A stretch of 64,000 bases of DNA from TPA_inf: Saccharomyces. Lineage: Eukaryota. Positions 31,768-42,316 of this stretch are shown here, piece by piece. The stretch covers positions 448,001 to 512,000 of the forward strand of contig BK006947.3 of the NCBI GenBank assembly GCA_000146045.2, in the 5' to 3' direction. The position numbers and the translations under genes were made by a program. Under the pieces are notes generated by a model, which worked only from the letters and a program-made list of their open reading frames with translations, ran no database searches and was not told the DNA's origin. Position 1 is the first letter of the stretch. The number at the start of each line of letters is the position of its first letter.

Positions 31768-32991
31768 ATGGAGACATACGAGACTAGCATTGGGACTCAG
31801 TCTTATCCCCCGACTTTGTTCCCACCTCCCCTGGGTACCGGTGGGTTTACCACTTCAGGTTATATACATGCGCTTGTGGATTCTACATCGAACTCGAACT
31901 CGAACTCGAACACAAATTCGAACACAAATTCGAACACAAATTCAAATTCAGATACCAAGATTCCTATAGTGCAAATATCGGATGACTCTCATATAACACA
32001 CGACAGCTTCAAACCATATATGGAGTACCACGATGCTTCGCACTTGAGGAACCGTAACATAAGCAAAGCGGACCAGGTTGAAAGCACTGAAGTGATGGAA
32101 CAGTTTACGCAATGGTCGAATTATAAGATGAGGTCTCGCTCTCCTACCATAAACGCAAAGCCAATTCGACACACTTCACAACGAAGAACAGACTTTACCA
32201 GCAAAAATGAACTCTCCAAGTTCAGCAAGAATCATAATTTCATTTTTCACAAAGGGTTTTTGAAGAGGCAACACTCCATACGCAGGGAAGACAGGCAAGC
32301 AAAGGTACGGTCAAGATTCAGGAGCAAGAAGGAGCTGACATCCGTTTTGAACTATATAGAACTGGAACAAATGGATATTGCAAATGTCCTGGCTTCGCAA
32401 CCGGTAAACTTACACGCTATCAGAAATCTCACTAGCAGGGACCCTGCGGTAACTCCTATCCCATTTTTAAGAAGCCAGATGTATGCAACCAGTAGTCGTC
32501 CACCGTATCTAAGGAACCGCTCCATAAGTAGGAAACTACCCAAATCACAACCAGGTAGTCTCCCGACGACTATGCCTGCGACGGCGACGAAAACAATTAA
32601 ACAGAATTCAACGACCCCAACCACAAGATCTGTTTATAACAAGAATGTGGGGCGGTCCAATACTTCCCCTAGTGTGTTGTACCACCCAAAAAGAAGAGGA
32701 AAATTGAACACCAAATCGCATGCAAGAAAGGAGCAACTGCTGTTGGAACTGTGGAGAGAATACTTAATGCTGGTTATAACACAGAGGACGCAACTGCGCC
32801 TGACTTTGCTTTGCTCTCCGGGTTCAGCATCGAATGAAAGCTCTGTCTGCTCTTCTAACGCCAGCGACTTAGACATGTCCCTTTTATCTACTCCTTCAAG
32901 TCTCTTCCAGATGGCAGGTGAGACCAAAAGCAATCCTATAATTATACCCGACAGTCAAGACGATAGTATACTTAGTAGCGACCCCTTTTAA
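31768..32991 (+). CDS. NIS1: Nis1 (septin/Nap1-interacting protein; Ser/Thr/Asn-rich, low complexity)
   Basis: 407 aa. Size and position match YNL078W. Contains an (SN)/(TNSN) repeat encoded by a hexamer microsatellite. Confidence 0.68.
   Translation: METYETSIGTQSYPPTLFPPPLGTGGFTTSGYIHALVDSTSNSNSNSNTNSNTNSNTNSNSDTKIPIVQISDDSHITHDSFKPYMEYHDASHLRNRNISKADQVESTEVMEQFTQWSNYKMRSRSPTINAKPIRHTSQRRTDFTSKNELSKFSKNHNFIFHKGFLKRQHSIRREDRQAKVRSRFRSKKELTSVLNYIELEQMDIANVLASQPVNLHAIRNLTSRDPAVTPIPFLRSQMYATSSRPPYLRNRSISRKLPKSQPGSLPTTMPATATKTIKQNSTTPTTRSVYNKNVGRSNTSPSVLYHPKRRGKLNTKSHARKEQLLLELWREYLMLVITQRTQLRLTLLCSPGSASNESSVCSSNASDLDMSLLSTPSSLFQMAGETKSNPIIIPDSQDDSILSSDPF
31888..31947 (+). repeat. NIS1: Coding hexanucleotide microsatellite: (TCGAAC)4 (ACAAATTCGAAC)2 ACAAAT TCAAAT, encoding SNSNSNSNTNSNTNSNTNSN in NIS1
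   Basis: Direct read. It is in frame with NIS1 codons 41-60. Confidence 0.85.
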
Positions 32992-33092
32992 GTAGGTAAC
33001 CCCCCCTGGATTGCATAGCCATTGCATAGCCTTAGACATCAAACTTTATTTAATCACATTATCCTTCTATGTATCTTTTTCCCCCGCTCGAT

Positions 33093-33113
33093 TTCTTCTA
33101 GAACATTACGGAA
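33093..33113. promoter_or_regulatory. APJ1: Heat-shock element: four alternating 5-bp units TTCtaGAAcaTTaCgGAA (one imperfect unit), about 290 bp upstream of APJ1
   Basis: Contains the palindromic TTCTAGAA core. APJ1 is an Hsp40 gene. Confidence 0.5.
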
Positions 33114-33390
33114 AATAAAGGAAAAAAATGACTGGAGCATCGAATCTGTAGACTAAAAAGGTAATGACGCGTTCTTCGTTCCCACAAGTATGTGAAATCG
33201 TTTGAACGCTTTTATATACTGATAGGAATAGATTATAATAGTATTCAACATTCATCAAACAGTTTATATCGGTAATAAACCAACCTCACGATACAGTGAT
33301 TATTTCTCTAAACAACACGAGCCGTACTGTACCTACGATAAAGTAAAACACATTTTTCTTTTGCTACCAGTGGACACAAGATAACGGAGA

Positions 33391-34977
33391 ATGCAACAAA
33401 ACACGTCTTTATATGACTCTTTGAACGTTACTGCCGCTGCATCCACATCTGAGATTAAGAAAGCTTACAGGAACGCTGCATTAAAATATCATCCTGATAA
33501 AAACAATCATACAGAAGAATCCAAGCGAAAGTTTCAAGAGATATGCCAGGCATACGAAATACTTAAAGACAATCGTTTAAGAGCTTTGTATGACCAGTAC
33601 GGTACCACAGATGAAGTCCTGATTCAAGAGCAGCAGGCGCAGGCGCAACGCCAACAAGCCGGGCCGTTCAGTTCATCCTCAAATTTCGATACGGAAGCAA
33701 TGTCATTCCCGGATCTATCTCCAGGTGATCTTTTCGCGCAGTTTTTTAATAGTTCTGCTACCCCCTCTTCTAATGGCTCCAAAAGCAGTTTTAATTTTAG
33801 CTTCAATAATAGCTCTACGCCGAGCTTCTCCTTTGTTAATGGCAGTGGCGTGAACAATCTGTACTCCTCGTCAGCAAAATACAACTCCAACGATGAGGAC
33901 CATCATTTGGATAGAGGCCCTGATATCAAACATAATCTAAAGTGCACATTGAAGGAACTCTACATGGGTAAGACTGCAAAGTTGGGTTTGAATAGGACAA
34001 GGATTTGCAGTGTTTGTGATGGGCACGGTGGTCTAAAGAAATGCACTTGTAAAACATGCAAAGGGCAAGGTATTCAAACCCAAACTAGGCGTATGGGACC
34101 TCTAGTACAAAGTTGGTCTCAAACTTGTGCAGATTGCGGGGGTGCCGGGGTTTTTGTCAAAAATAAAGATATTTGCCAACAGTGCCAAGGTCTTGGCTTC
34201 ATTAAGGAGAGGAAGATTCTACAAGTCACCGTTCAACCGGGATCGTGTCATAACCAACTTATAGTACTTACGGGCGAAGGTGACGAAGTTATTAGTACTA
34301 AGGGAGGCGGTCACGAAAAGGTAATACCTGGTGACGTCGTTATCACCATTTTACGTTTAAAAGATCCGAATTTCCAGGTTATCAACTACTCCAATTTGAT
34401 ATGTAAGAAGTGCAAAATCGACTTCATGACCAGTTTATGTGGAGGCGTAGTTTATATTGAAGGGCACCCTAGCGGTAAGTTGATCAAACTTGATATTATA
34501 CCTGGCGAGATACTGAAGCCTGGTTGTTTCAAGACTGTTGAGGACATGGGGATGCCCAAGTTTATCAACGGTGTTCGGAGCGGTTTCGGTCATCTATATG
34601 TCAAATTCGATGTGACGTATCCAGAGAGACTGGAACCTGAAAATGCTAAGAAAATACAAAATATTCTGGCTAATGATAAATACATTAAAGCAGAACGTTC
34701 CACCATGGAAACCGCAGATTCAGACTGCTATTGCGATTTGGAGAAGTCATATGACAGTGTGGAAGAGCATGTGTTAAGTAGCTTTGAGGCCCCTAATTTA
34801 AACAATGAAGTTATTGAAGACGACGACCTTGGTGATTTGATTAATGAAAGAGATTCTCGGAAAAGGAACAACCGTCGATTCGACGAAAGTAATATTAATA
34901 ATAATAATGAAACGAAACGAAATAAATATTCTTCACCGGTAAGCGGTTTTTATGACCATGATATTAATGGATATTGA
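33391..34977 (+). CDS. APJ1: Type I Hsp40 (DnaJ) co-chaperone Apj1
   Basis: Has an N-terminal J domain (YHPDKN), a G/F-like S/N-rich linker, and a CxxCxGxG zinc-finger repeat region (CSVCDGHG, CKTCKGQG, CADCGGAG, CQQCQGLG). 528 aa. Confidence 0.82.
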   Translation: MQQNTSLYDSLNVTAAASTSEIKKAYRNAALKYHPDKNNHTEESKRKFQEICQAYEILKDNRLRALYDQYGTTDEVLIQEQQAQAQRQQAGPFSSSSNFDTEAMSFPDLSPGDLFAQFFNSSATPSSNGSKSSFNFSFNNSSTPSFSFVNGSGVNNLYSSSAKYNSNDEDHHLDRGPDIKHNLKCTLKELYMGKTAKLGLNRTRICSVCDGHGGLKKCTCKTCKGQGIQTQTRRMGPLVQSWSQTCADCGGAGVFVKNKDICQQCQGLGFIKERKILQVTVQPGSCHNQLIVLTGEGDEVISTKGGGHEKVIPGDVVITILRLKDPNFQVINYSNLICKKCKIDFMTSLCGGVVYIEGHPSGKLIKLDIIPGEILKPGCFKTVEDMGMPKFINGVRSGFGHLYVKFDVTYPERLEPENAKKIQNILANDKYIKAERSTMETADSDCYCDLEKSYDSVEEHVLSSFEAPNLNNEVIEDDDLGDLINERDSRKRNNRRFDESNINNNNETKRNKYSSPVSGFYDHDINGY

Positions 34978-35555
34978 AGGTTATATAGTCATGCAGTAAT
35001 GTTATACATTTTCTATTTTTATTTTTTGTATCAGTACTCTATCTATAAGGACATTCCTTTTTTTAAGCAATGCGGAAAGATACGCTATTCTTCCTGTGGA
35101 TGGTTTACCGCGGTTTGGGTGGTAATATCATTGCAGCCCTAGTCCTTTAGCAGTTTTTTTAGCGTGTAATACATTGTTATTCATCTTTTTCTTAGTGCCT
35201 GCCAAGAGATCGTGGGAGGTTACTTAACAGAAAAGCAAAAAAAAAAACCGATTAGAATGTGCATGCCGTTGTTACAGAGAAGCAAGGGAAGTTCACCACT
35301 GATCATATTTCTAAGTTCATCAAAATATCGTTTTGGTTTCAGCAGTAGGGATCTTTAACCCAAGTGTTCATTTTCTTTCCTTTTTGCTTTTTATTTGAAT
35401 GATCTGAACAAAAGGAGAAACATATACTGTACTATTGCGTGAAAACGAACAGAGCACAACCCTCAAGAAAAAAGAGAACTACCCCTTAGTTCCATCTCAT
35501 TTACTTAAGCAACACTTCCTAATTATTCTCTAATCCTAATAAAAAAAAAGAACTG

Positions 35556-37310
35556 ATGTCGCGGGAGGCATTTGATGTACCGAATATAGGTACTAACAAG
35601 TTTTTAAAAGTCACACCTAATTTATTTACCCCAGAGCGATTGAATTTATTTGATGATGTCGAACTATATCTTACGTTAATAAAAGCATCCAAATGTGTCG
35701 AGCAGGGAGAAAGGCTGCACAATATAAGTTGGAGAATTCTGAATAAAGCTGTTCTAAAGGAGCATAATATTAATCGATCTAAAAAAAGAGACGGCGTGAA
35801 GAACATATATTATGTGTTAAATCCAAACAACAAACAGCCAATAAAGCCAAAGCAGGCAGCAGTAAAGCAGCCACCATTACAAAAGGCCAATTTGCCTCCC
35901 ACAACGGCAAAACAGAACGTTTTAACTCGGCCAATGACATCACCAGCTATCGCACAGGGTGCTCACGATAGATCCTTGGATAATCCTAATTCTACAAACA
36001 ATGATGTGAAAAATGACGTTGCTCCAAACAGACAATTCTCCAAATCTACTACGTCAGGGTTGTTTTCAAATTTTGCAGACAAATATCAAAAAATGAAAAA
36101 TGTGAACCATGTTGCTAATAAGGAAGAACCACAAACTATTATCACTGGTTTTGATACAAGCACTGTTATAACCAAGAAACCTTTACAATCAAGACGCTCA
36201 AGATCACCTTTCCAGCATATAGGAGACATGAACATGAACTGCATTGATAATGAGACTTCCAAGAGTACCAGTCCTACTCTTGAAAATATGGGAAGTAGAA
36301 AATCCTCTTTTCCTCAGAAGGAATCTTTATTCGGAAGGCCAAGGTCTTACAAGAATGACCAAAATGGTCAACTGTCACTTTCGAAAACATCCTCTAGAAA
36401 AGGAAAAAACAAGATATTTTTCAGCAGTGAAGATGAAGATTCCGATTGGGACAGCGTTTCGAATGATTCAGAATTCTACGCTGATGAAGATGATGAAGAG
36501 TACGATGATTATAATGAGGAAGAAGCAGATCAGTACTATAGAAGACAATGGGACAAGCTTTTATTTGCCAAAAATCAACAGAATCTTGACTCAACGAAAT
36601 CATCTGTTTCATCAGCGAACACAATCAACTCAAACACATCCCATGATCCCGTACGAAAAAGTTTACTCAGTGGACTATTCCTTAGTGAGGCAAATAGCAA
36701 CAGTAATAACCACAATACTGCACATAGTGAATACGCTTCTAAACACGTTTCGCCGACTCCTCAGTCCTCTCATAGTAATATCGGTCCTCAACCGCAGCAA
36801 AATCCACCGAGCGCTAATGGTATAAAACAACAAAAACCTTCTTTGAAAACAAGCAACGTGACAGCTCTAGCATCGCTATCTCCCCCGCAACCATCCAACA
36901 ATGAGCGGTTATCGATGGATATACAAAAGGACTTCAAAACTGATAATGAGTCCAATCATTTATATGAATCTAATGCTCCGCTAACTGCTCAAACTATACT
37001 GCCCACCGCCTTATCTACTCACATGTTTTTGCCAAATAACATTCACCAACAACGAATGGCGATTGCCACTGGTAGTAATACGCGACATCGTTTTTCGAGG
37101 CGGCAGTCGATGGATATCCCATCCAAGAACAGGAATACTGGGTTTTTGAAGACCAGAATGGAGATCTCTGAGGAAGAAAAGATGGTACGTACAATATCAC
37201 GGCTTGACAATACGAGTATTGCAAACAGTAATGGAAATGGTAATGATGACACCTCTAATCAGAGAACGGAAGCACTGGGGCGTAAGACGAGTAATGGAGG
37301 GCGAATATGA
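35556..37310 (+). CDS. MKS1: Mks1 (negative regulator of RTG / Ras-cAMP signalling), Ser/Asn-rich
   Basis: 584 aa, highly S/N/Q-rich. Size and order match YNL076W. Confidence 0.72.
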   Translation: MSREAFDVPNIGTNKFLKVTPNLFTPERLNLFDDVELYLTLIKASKCVEQGERLHNISWRILNKAVLKEHNINRSKKRDGVKNIYYVLNPNNKQPIKPKQAAVKQPPLQKANLPPTTAKQNVLTRPMTSPAIAQGAHDRSLDNPNSTNNDVKNDVAPNRQFSKSTTSGLFSNFADKYQKMKNVNHVANKEEPQTIITGFDTSTVITKKPLQSRRSRSPFQHIGDMNMNCIDNETSKSTSPTLENMGSRKSSFPQKESLFGRPRSYKNDQNGQLSLSKTSSRKGKNKIFFSSEDEDSDWDSVSNDSEFYADEDDEEYDDYNEEEADQYYRRQWDKLLFAKNQQNLDSTKSSVSSANTINSNTSHDPVRKSLLSGLFLSEANSNSNNHNTAHSEYASKHVSPTPQSSHSNIGPQPQQNPPSANGIKQQKPSLKTSNVTALASLSPPQPSNNERLSMDIQKDFKTDNESNHLYESNAPLTAQTILPTALSTHMFLPNNIHQQRMAIATGSNTRHRFSRRQSMDIPSKNRNTGFLKTRMEISEEEKMVRTISRLDNTSIANSNGNGNDDTSNQRTEALGRKTSNGGRI

Positions 37311-37457
37311 TTACTAAGTTAAATAAATCAGATACAGTATTTAAAGTTCTTTCAAAAAAAGATAATGTCATATATTTTACTATCTACGCAGTGAAAGAGT
37401 TCCTTCTAATGACACACTATTCACTTCGGGTAACGGATATTGTGTACTGAAAAATAT

Positions 37458-37486
37458 AAAAAATTTTATCCCGGAAATGCGATGAG
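37458..37486. promoter_or_regulatory. IMP4: RRPE-like (AAAAAATTTT) plus PAC (GCGATGAG) module about 120-150 bp upstream of IMP4
   Basis: Sequence ataAAAAAATTTTatcccggaaatGCGATGAGatg. Confidence 0.65.
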
Positions 37487-37606
37487 ATGAAAATGCATGA
37501 AGTAGCGTATATATTGATTGCATGAGGTTGGACTTGAAAGGGCATATATACTCGGTTTTATCATTGATTCAAGTGTTCCCATAAATAATAAAACAGTTAA
37601 ATCGAA

Positions 37607-38479
37607 ATGCTAAGAAGACAAGCCCGTGAAAGGAGAGAATATCTATACAGAAAAGCGCAAGAATTACAAGATTCTCAACTGCAACAAAAACGTCAAATAA
37701 TTAAACAAGCGCTAGCTCAGGGGAAGCCATTGCCAAAGGAACTAGCAGAAGATGAGAGTTTACAAAAGGATTTCAGATATGACCAAAGTTTAAAGGAGAG
37801 CGAAGAAGCAGATGATCTACAGGTTGATGATGAATATGCTGCCACAAGTGGTATAATGGATCCAAGAATCATCGTCACAACATCTCGTGACCCAAGCACT
37901 CGTCTCTCGCAATTTGCCAAAGAAATTAAACTGCTATTTCCAAATGCTGTCAGGCTGAACAGAGGTAATTATGTGATGCCAAATCTAGTGGATGCTTGTA
38001 AAAAATCCGGTACTACAGATTTGGTGGTATTACATGAACATAGAGGTGTTCCAACTTCTTTGACCATATCACATTTTCCACATGGACCCACTGCACAGTT
38101 TAGTTTACACAATGTTGTTATGAGACATGATATTATAAATGCTGGTAACCAAAGCGAAGTGAATCCACATCTAATATTTGATAACTTTACTACCGCTTTA
38201 GGGAAAAGAGTAGTCTGTATTTTAAAGCACTTGTTCAATGCGGGGCCCAAAAAAGATTCCGAAAGAGTAATCACTTTTGCGAATAGGGGTGATTTCATTA
38301 GCGTTAGACAGCATGTATATGTGAGAACAAGAGAGGGAGTAGAGATTGCCGAAGTTGGTCCTAGATTTGAGATGAGGTTGTTTGAACTGAGGTTGGGAAC
38401 TTTAGAAAATAAGGACGCTGATGTTGAGTGGCAGTTGAGAAGATTCATAAGGACTGCCAATAAAAAAGACTATTTGTGA
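37607..38479 (+). CDS. IMP4: U3 snoRNP protein Imp4 (Brix domain)
   Basis: 290 aa with a Brix-domain architecture. An RRPE+PAC ribosome-biogenesis promoter module lies about 120-150 bp upstream. Confidence 0.83.
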
Positions 38480-38552
38480 ATTTTTTTATAGATTTGTAAA
38501 GGTTAAAATAGAAGGCCGATGAGGCCTTATGTAAGTCTAATATGGTATTCTT

Positions 38553-38573
38553 AAAAAAAAAAAAAAAAAAAAA
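38553..38573. repeat. Poly(dA) tract (~21 A) in the convergent IMP4/MLF3 3' intergenic region, with a T12 run nearby at about 38641-38652
   Basis: Direct read. Confidence 0.9.
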
Positions 38574-38765
38574 GCGTCTTAGAGGGAATATAAGAGAAAA
38601 GAAGAGATAGCATAACACATGATTTATTTTTATTTTTGCGTTTTTTTTTTTTCTTAATTGTTTATCAATGTATCTGTGAGAGTATCTACATAAAAAAAAT
38701 AACCATATGAAGACATAAATTTAAAAGAACAAAACGAACGAAGGGAAGAGGTGCAGAAAGGAAAT

Positions 38766-40124
38766 TTATGTATCACAACTATTAAATTCAGTTGAAAATC
38801 CACCATTTGAAACTTTTTTCTTAAGCACTTCACTGACTTTTTCAACTCTTAACTCATGTTCGGAGGATAACGTATTAGAAGAAGACACGTAAGAAGGATC
38901 TGTTGATAAAGGCATGGGCTTGCCTATTGCTGTATATGACGAAGATGTCGATAAAGGCGTCTGGGTTGCTAATTCGGGATTACTTGCCAAGTTTGCACTT
39001 GAACGCAAAGACGAACTTAACGGAAAGGAAGGATCTAGCATGTCCATGGTTAAATCTTCTTCTTCGCTGTCACTTGATTCTATTTGGAACTTGGGATTCT
39101 TGTGCATGTTTGCAACAGGGTCAACGTTTGATAAAATGGATTGTCTTTGAAATAGTATCGAAGATGACCGGTTTTTTGGGGATTTTGCATTGTTATTAGC
39201 ATTATTTGAATATTGTCTCGCAGATTGCTGCGGAGATACATAAGGCGAAGTAGCTGGTAATTCTGTAGTTTTGATGAAGGGGTTGGAAAATGTCGTTGTT
39301 GCTGACGATGAAGAATAGGCTTGTGGTGGGGACCTCTTGAGGATGAAAGGGCATGAGTACGCTTGGGATTTCATAGGTGGTCTAGATGTAGGCGTATTAT
39401 TGGCCTGTGCAAGTTTTTCATCATTCAACATATCGACGTAAGAGTAGAATCTTAGTATTCTGGAGTTTGGTTCGCCATTTGAAGTTGTGGTGGTCATCCC
39501 GGTGTTATTGATGTTATTCAAGGTGGGACGTGTAGCCGCAGAATGCGAATGAGATCTCGAAAGTTTAAGATCTGGCGATGCTGGCGAAGATTCTGATGAG
39601 GGAAGAGTGGCACTATTCGTTCTAGCCAACAGGGCCATGTTTAGGCTCACAGCAGAGGAAGGTCTTCTTGAATAAACCATATCGACATCGCTCAGGTCAG
39701 TGTTCTCATCGTTCACTATTGAGCAACTAGCATCTAAAGCTGGAGCCACCGAGTTTTCTAACGTACGACGGCGATGGTGATGATTTTGCATGTTGCAAAT
39801 GGGGTTCAAGATGTACTCTTGATGTGCTAGCGAGCTTGTGGTGGAGTTCGACGCCGACCTAGACGTTGGTATGACGTTATCTAGCGGAGAGGAAACATTA
39901 TTGGAGTTCTTCCTCAACGATGGAGTTCTAACCTCGCTACCAGAGATAGGTATCGGAGAAATGGTCTGCAAGTTGTAAAAACTATTAGATCTTGAGCTAT
40001 GAGATGTGTTGGAGGCGGAAACCGGAGGTTGAAGAAATAAATCGTTTGAACTTGCCTCTTGCACGGTTCTTTCGAAGATAAAAGAAGGGTTGCTGTTGTT
40101 CGAATTTGACTTGTACACGCACAT
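38766..40124 (-). CDS. MLF3: Mlf3 (Ser-rich protein; leflunomide multicopy suppressor). The first ATG gives 452 aa; the ORF-track start at 40157 is a GTG.
   Basis: S/N/T-rich low-complexity protein. Size and position match YNL074C. Confidence 0.62.
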   Translation of the reverse strand: MCVYKSNSNNSNPSFIFERTVQEASSNDLFLQPPVSASNTSHSSRSNSFYNLQTISPIPISGSEVRTPSLRKNSNNVSSPLDNVIPTSRSASNSTTSSLAHQEYILNPICNMQNHHHRRRTLENSVAPALDASCSIVNDENTDLSDVDMVYSRRPSSAVSLNMALLARTNSATLPSSESSPASPDLKLSRSHSHSAATRPTLNNINNTGMTTTTSNGEPNSRILRFYSYVDMLNDEKLAQANNTPTSRPPMKSQAYSCPFILKRSPPQAYSSSSATTTFSNPFIKTTELPATSPYVSPQQSARQYSNNANNNAKSPKNRSSSILFQRQSILSNVDPVANMHKNPKFQIESSDSEEEDLTMDMLDPSFPLSSSLRSSANLASNPELATQTPLSTSSSYTAIGKPMPLSTDPSYVSSSNTLSSEHELRVEKVSEVLKKKVSNGGFSTEFNSCDT

Positions 40125-40385
40125 ACCGTCTTTTTTGGCAGTTTCCTTTGACAGCACTTAGATTCTCCTCAAGCTCTTTTTACCGTACCTGTTCCTATTT
40201 GAAATATTTAGATCTGTGAAAGGATTAGTCTTTTATTCGTGATAAAAGCGAAAATCTAATCCCCTGGGCGCCGCGGAGTGCTCTTCGCCGAGATAAATAT
40301 ACTAAAAGAGAGGCTTTAATTAGTACCCGAAATGACGGTGAATAGTGGGATACTTTTATAATGGTGTTATGTTACATGATTGCCG

Positions 40386-42116
40386 ATGAATGTGCTGTTA
40401 AAAAGACGCAGTTTAACGTTTGCACCGAGATGGCTGTGGTGCAAGTGTCGAAGTAGCAGGAGCAGGCCGTATTCTCTGGCACACGCGGTCGACACAAGTA
40501 AGATGGAGGCAACCAGGAGGAACGGTCAGATTGTGAAGGACCTGGGTAGATACTATCCGTCAATGTCAGAATCAGCACTCCACGATCTTTGCCAGGAGTA
40601 TAAAGAAGTCACTATCGCAGACTTTAATGAGAGATTCTTGGGCAACCCAGCCACATTACACCATGAGGATAATCCTAATTTGTTACTTAGTATTAATGGC
40701 AGGATTAAAAGCATTAGGTTTTCAGGCCAGAAGATTGTTTTTATAGATCTTTACAACGGCAGTAGCGGATTGAAGAATGATACGCAACTGCAGTTGATCG
40801 TAAACTACAATAAAATTGGTGGGAGTAGTGAGGATAAGGCGAATTTCTCAGAATATATGAACTTTTTGAAGAAAGGAGATTATATTAAGGCGCTCGGTTA
40901 TCCCGGGTTTTCCCAATCCAGAGTCAAGATGCTGTCCTTGATATGTAATAAGCTACCTATAGTATTGTCTGTTTCGCAACTGCCGTTACCTTCCAGACTG
41001 AATGATGAAACCAAGATCAAATCTAATAGAGTTGTTGACTACCAATTAAACGGCACTCAGACACTGCTAGTAAGGGCGCGTATCATCAAACTTTTGAGGA
41101 AGTTTCTCGACGACAGAAACTTCGTTGAGGTTGAAACGCCTATACTGTCATCAAAGTCCAACGGTGCCATGGCGAAGCCCTTTATAACGTCGTCCAAGGA
41201 CTTCGACCATTTGGAGTTGCGTATTGCACCAGAATTATGGCTGAAGAGGCTTATAATTAGTGGTTTACAAAAAGTATACGAAATAGGAAAGGTCTTTCGA
41301 AACGAAGGCATTGATTCCACGCATAATGCTGAGTTTTCCACTTTAGAATTCTATGAAACTTACATGTCAATGGACGATATAGTCACAAGGACTGAAGATT
41401 TGTTCAAATTTTTGATTACTAACTTGCAAAAGTTCTTTCAAGATACCCGTCTGCCTGTCCCTAAGACGTTTAGTGAATTACATCTGGCACTATCCGAGAA
41501 TAATTGGAAGTTTAGAAAAGTCGAATTCCTGCCCACTTTGAACAAAGAGCTTGGCATTGATCTAATGAACTCTGGATTGGATATCAATAAGCCGAGCGAA
41601 CTTTTGAAGGCTTTACCGAAAGACATTGCGAAGAAGTATTTTCCTTCTGCAGATAACACTGGGCAATTATCTTCGCTGCAAATCCTAAATAAACTATCGG
41701 ACGTGTTCCTCGAGCAGCGCCATTGTCAATCAACCTTGCCTACGGTAATATACCATCAACCTGCAATATTATCGCCCTTAGCCAAGACGGATCCGCAAAA
41801 TAAGCAAGTCACGAAGAGATTCGAAGTCTTCATCAAAGGTAAGGAATACATCAATGCTTACGAAGAGGAAAATTGCCCCCAATTACAACTGCAGAAGTTT
41901 CTACAACAAAAGCAGATTAACGAATTGACAGGAAACAAAACTGAGACCTTATCGCCTGTTATTGACTACCAGTATGTTGAGACGATGAAATACGGTATGC
42001 CTCCAGTAGGTGGCTTTGGCCTTGGCATAGATAGATTGTGCATGCTATTTTGCGACAAGAAGAGGATAGAAGAGGTTCTGCCCTTTGGCTGTGTGGATGA
42101 TGTAAACAGGCAGTAA
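40386..42116 (+). CDS. MSK1: Mitochondrial lysyl-tRNA synthetase (class IIb). The first ATG is used; the ORF-track start at 40380 is a TTG.
   Basis: 576 aa. Contains class II aaRS motifs (a motif-2-like FRNEG, and a motif-3 GGFGLGIDRL near the C-terminus) and an N-terminal mitochondrial presequence-like segment (RRSLTFAPRWLW). Confidence 0.85.
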   Translation: MNVLLKRRSLTFAPRWLWCKCRSSRSRPYSLAHAVDTSKMEATRRNGQIVKDLGRYYPSMSESALHDLCQEYKEVTIADFNERFLGNPATLHHEDNPNLLLSINGRIKSIRFSGQKIVFIDLYNGSSGLKNDTQLQLIVNYNKIGGSSEDKANFSEYMNFLKKGDYIKALGYPGFSQSRVKMLSLICNKLPIVLSVSQLPLPSRLNDETKIKSNRVVDYQLNGTQTLLVRARIIKLLRKFLDDRNFVEVETPILSSKSNGAMAKPFITSSKDFDHLELRIAPELWLKRLIISGLQKVYEIGKVFRNEGIDSTHNAEFSTLEFYETYMSMDDIVTRTEDLFKFLITNLQKFFQDTRLPVPKTFSELHLALSENNWKFRKVEFLPTLNKELGIDLMNSGLDINKPSELLKALPKDIAKKYFPSADNTGQLSSLQILNKLSDVFLEQRHCQSTLPTVIYHQPAILSPLAKTDPQNKQVTKRFEVFIKGKEYINAYEEENCPQLQLQKFLQQKQINELTGNKTETLSPVIDYQYVETMKYGMPPVGGFGLGIDRLCMLFCDKKRIEEVLPFGCVDDVNRQ

Positions 42117-42316
42117 ATTTTGCGACGCCTGCCAATGCTTTTGTAAATAAATCAGACATATACTGTAAATAATTAGAATGGCATTTAATTTTTTTTTTTT
42201 CTCTACACCAATAAACTACGCTACGCGAAAAATCCAATATAAATATTCAGTTATAGCTAATGAGAGTGTCGAAAAACCTTGAAAACAACTACTGCACACC
42301 AAATTGATACGATTAA

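Noticed and set aside
36244-36825. 193-aa plus-strand ORF in an alternative frame inside MKS1
   Set aside because: It is nested out of frame within a supported CDS and its start is non-ATG or weak. There is no evidence of dual coding.
37969-38460. 163-aa minus-strand ORF antisense to IMP4
   Set aside because: It is antisense to a conserved Brix-domain CDS and has no domain signature.
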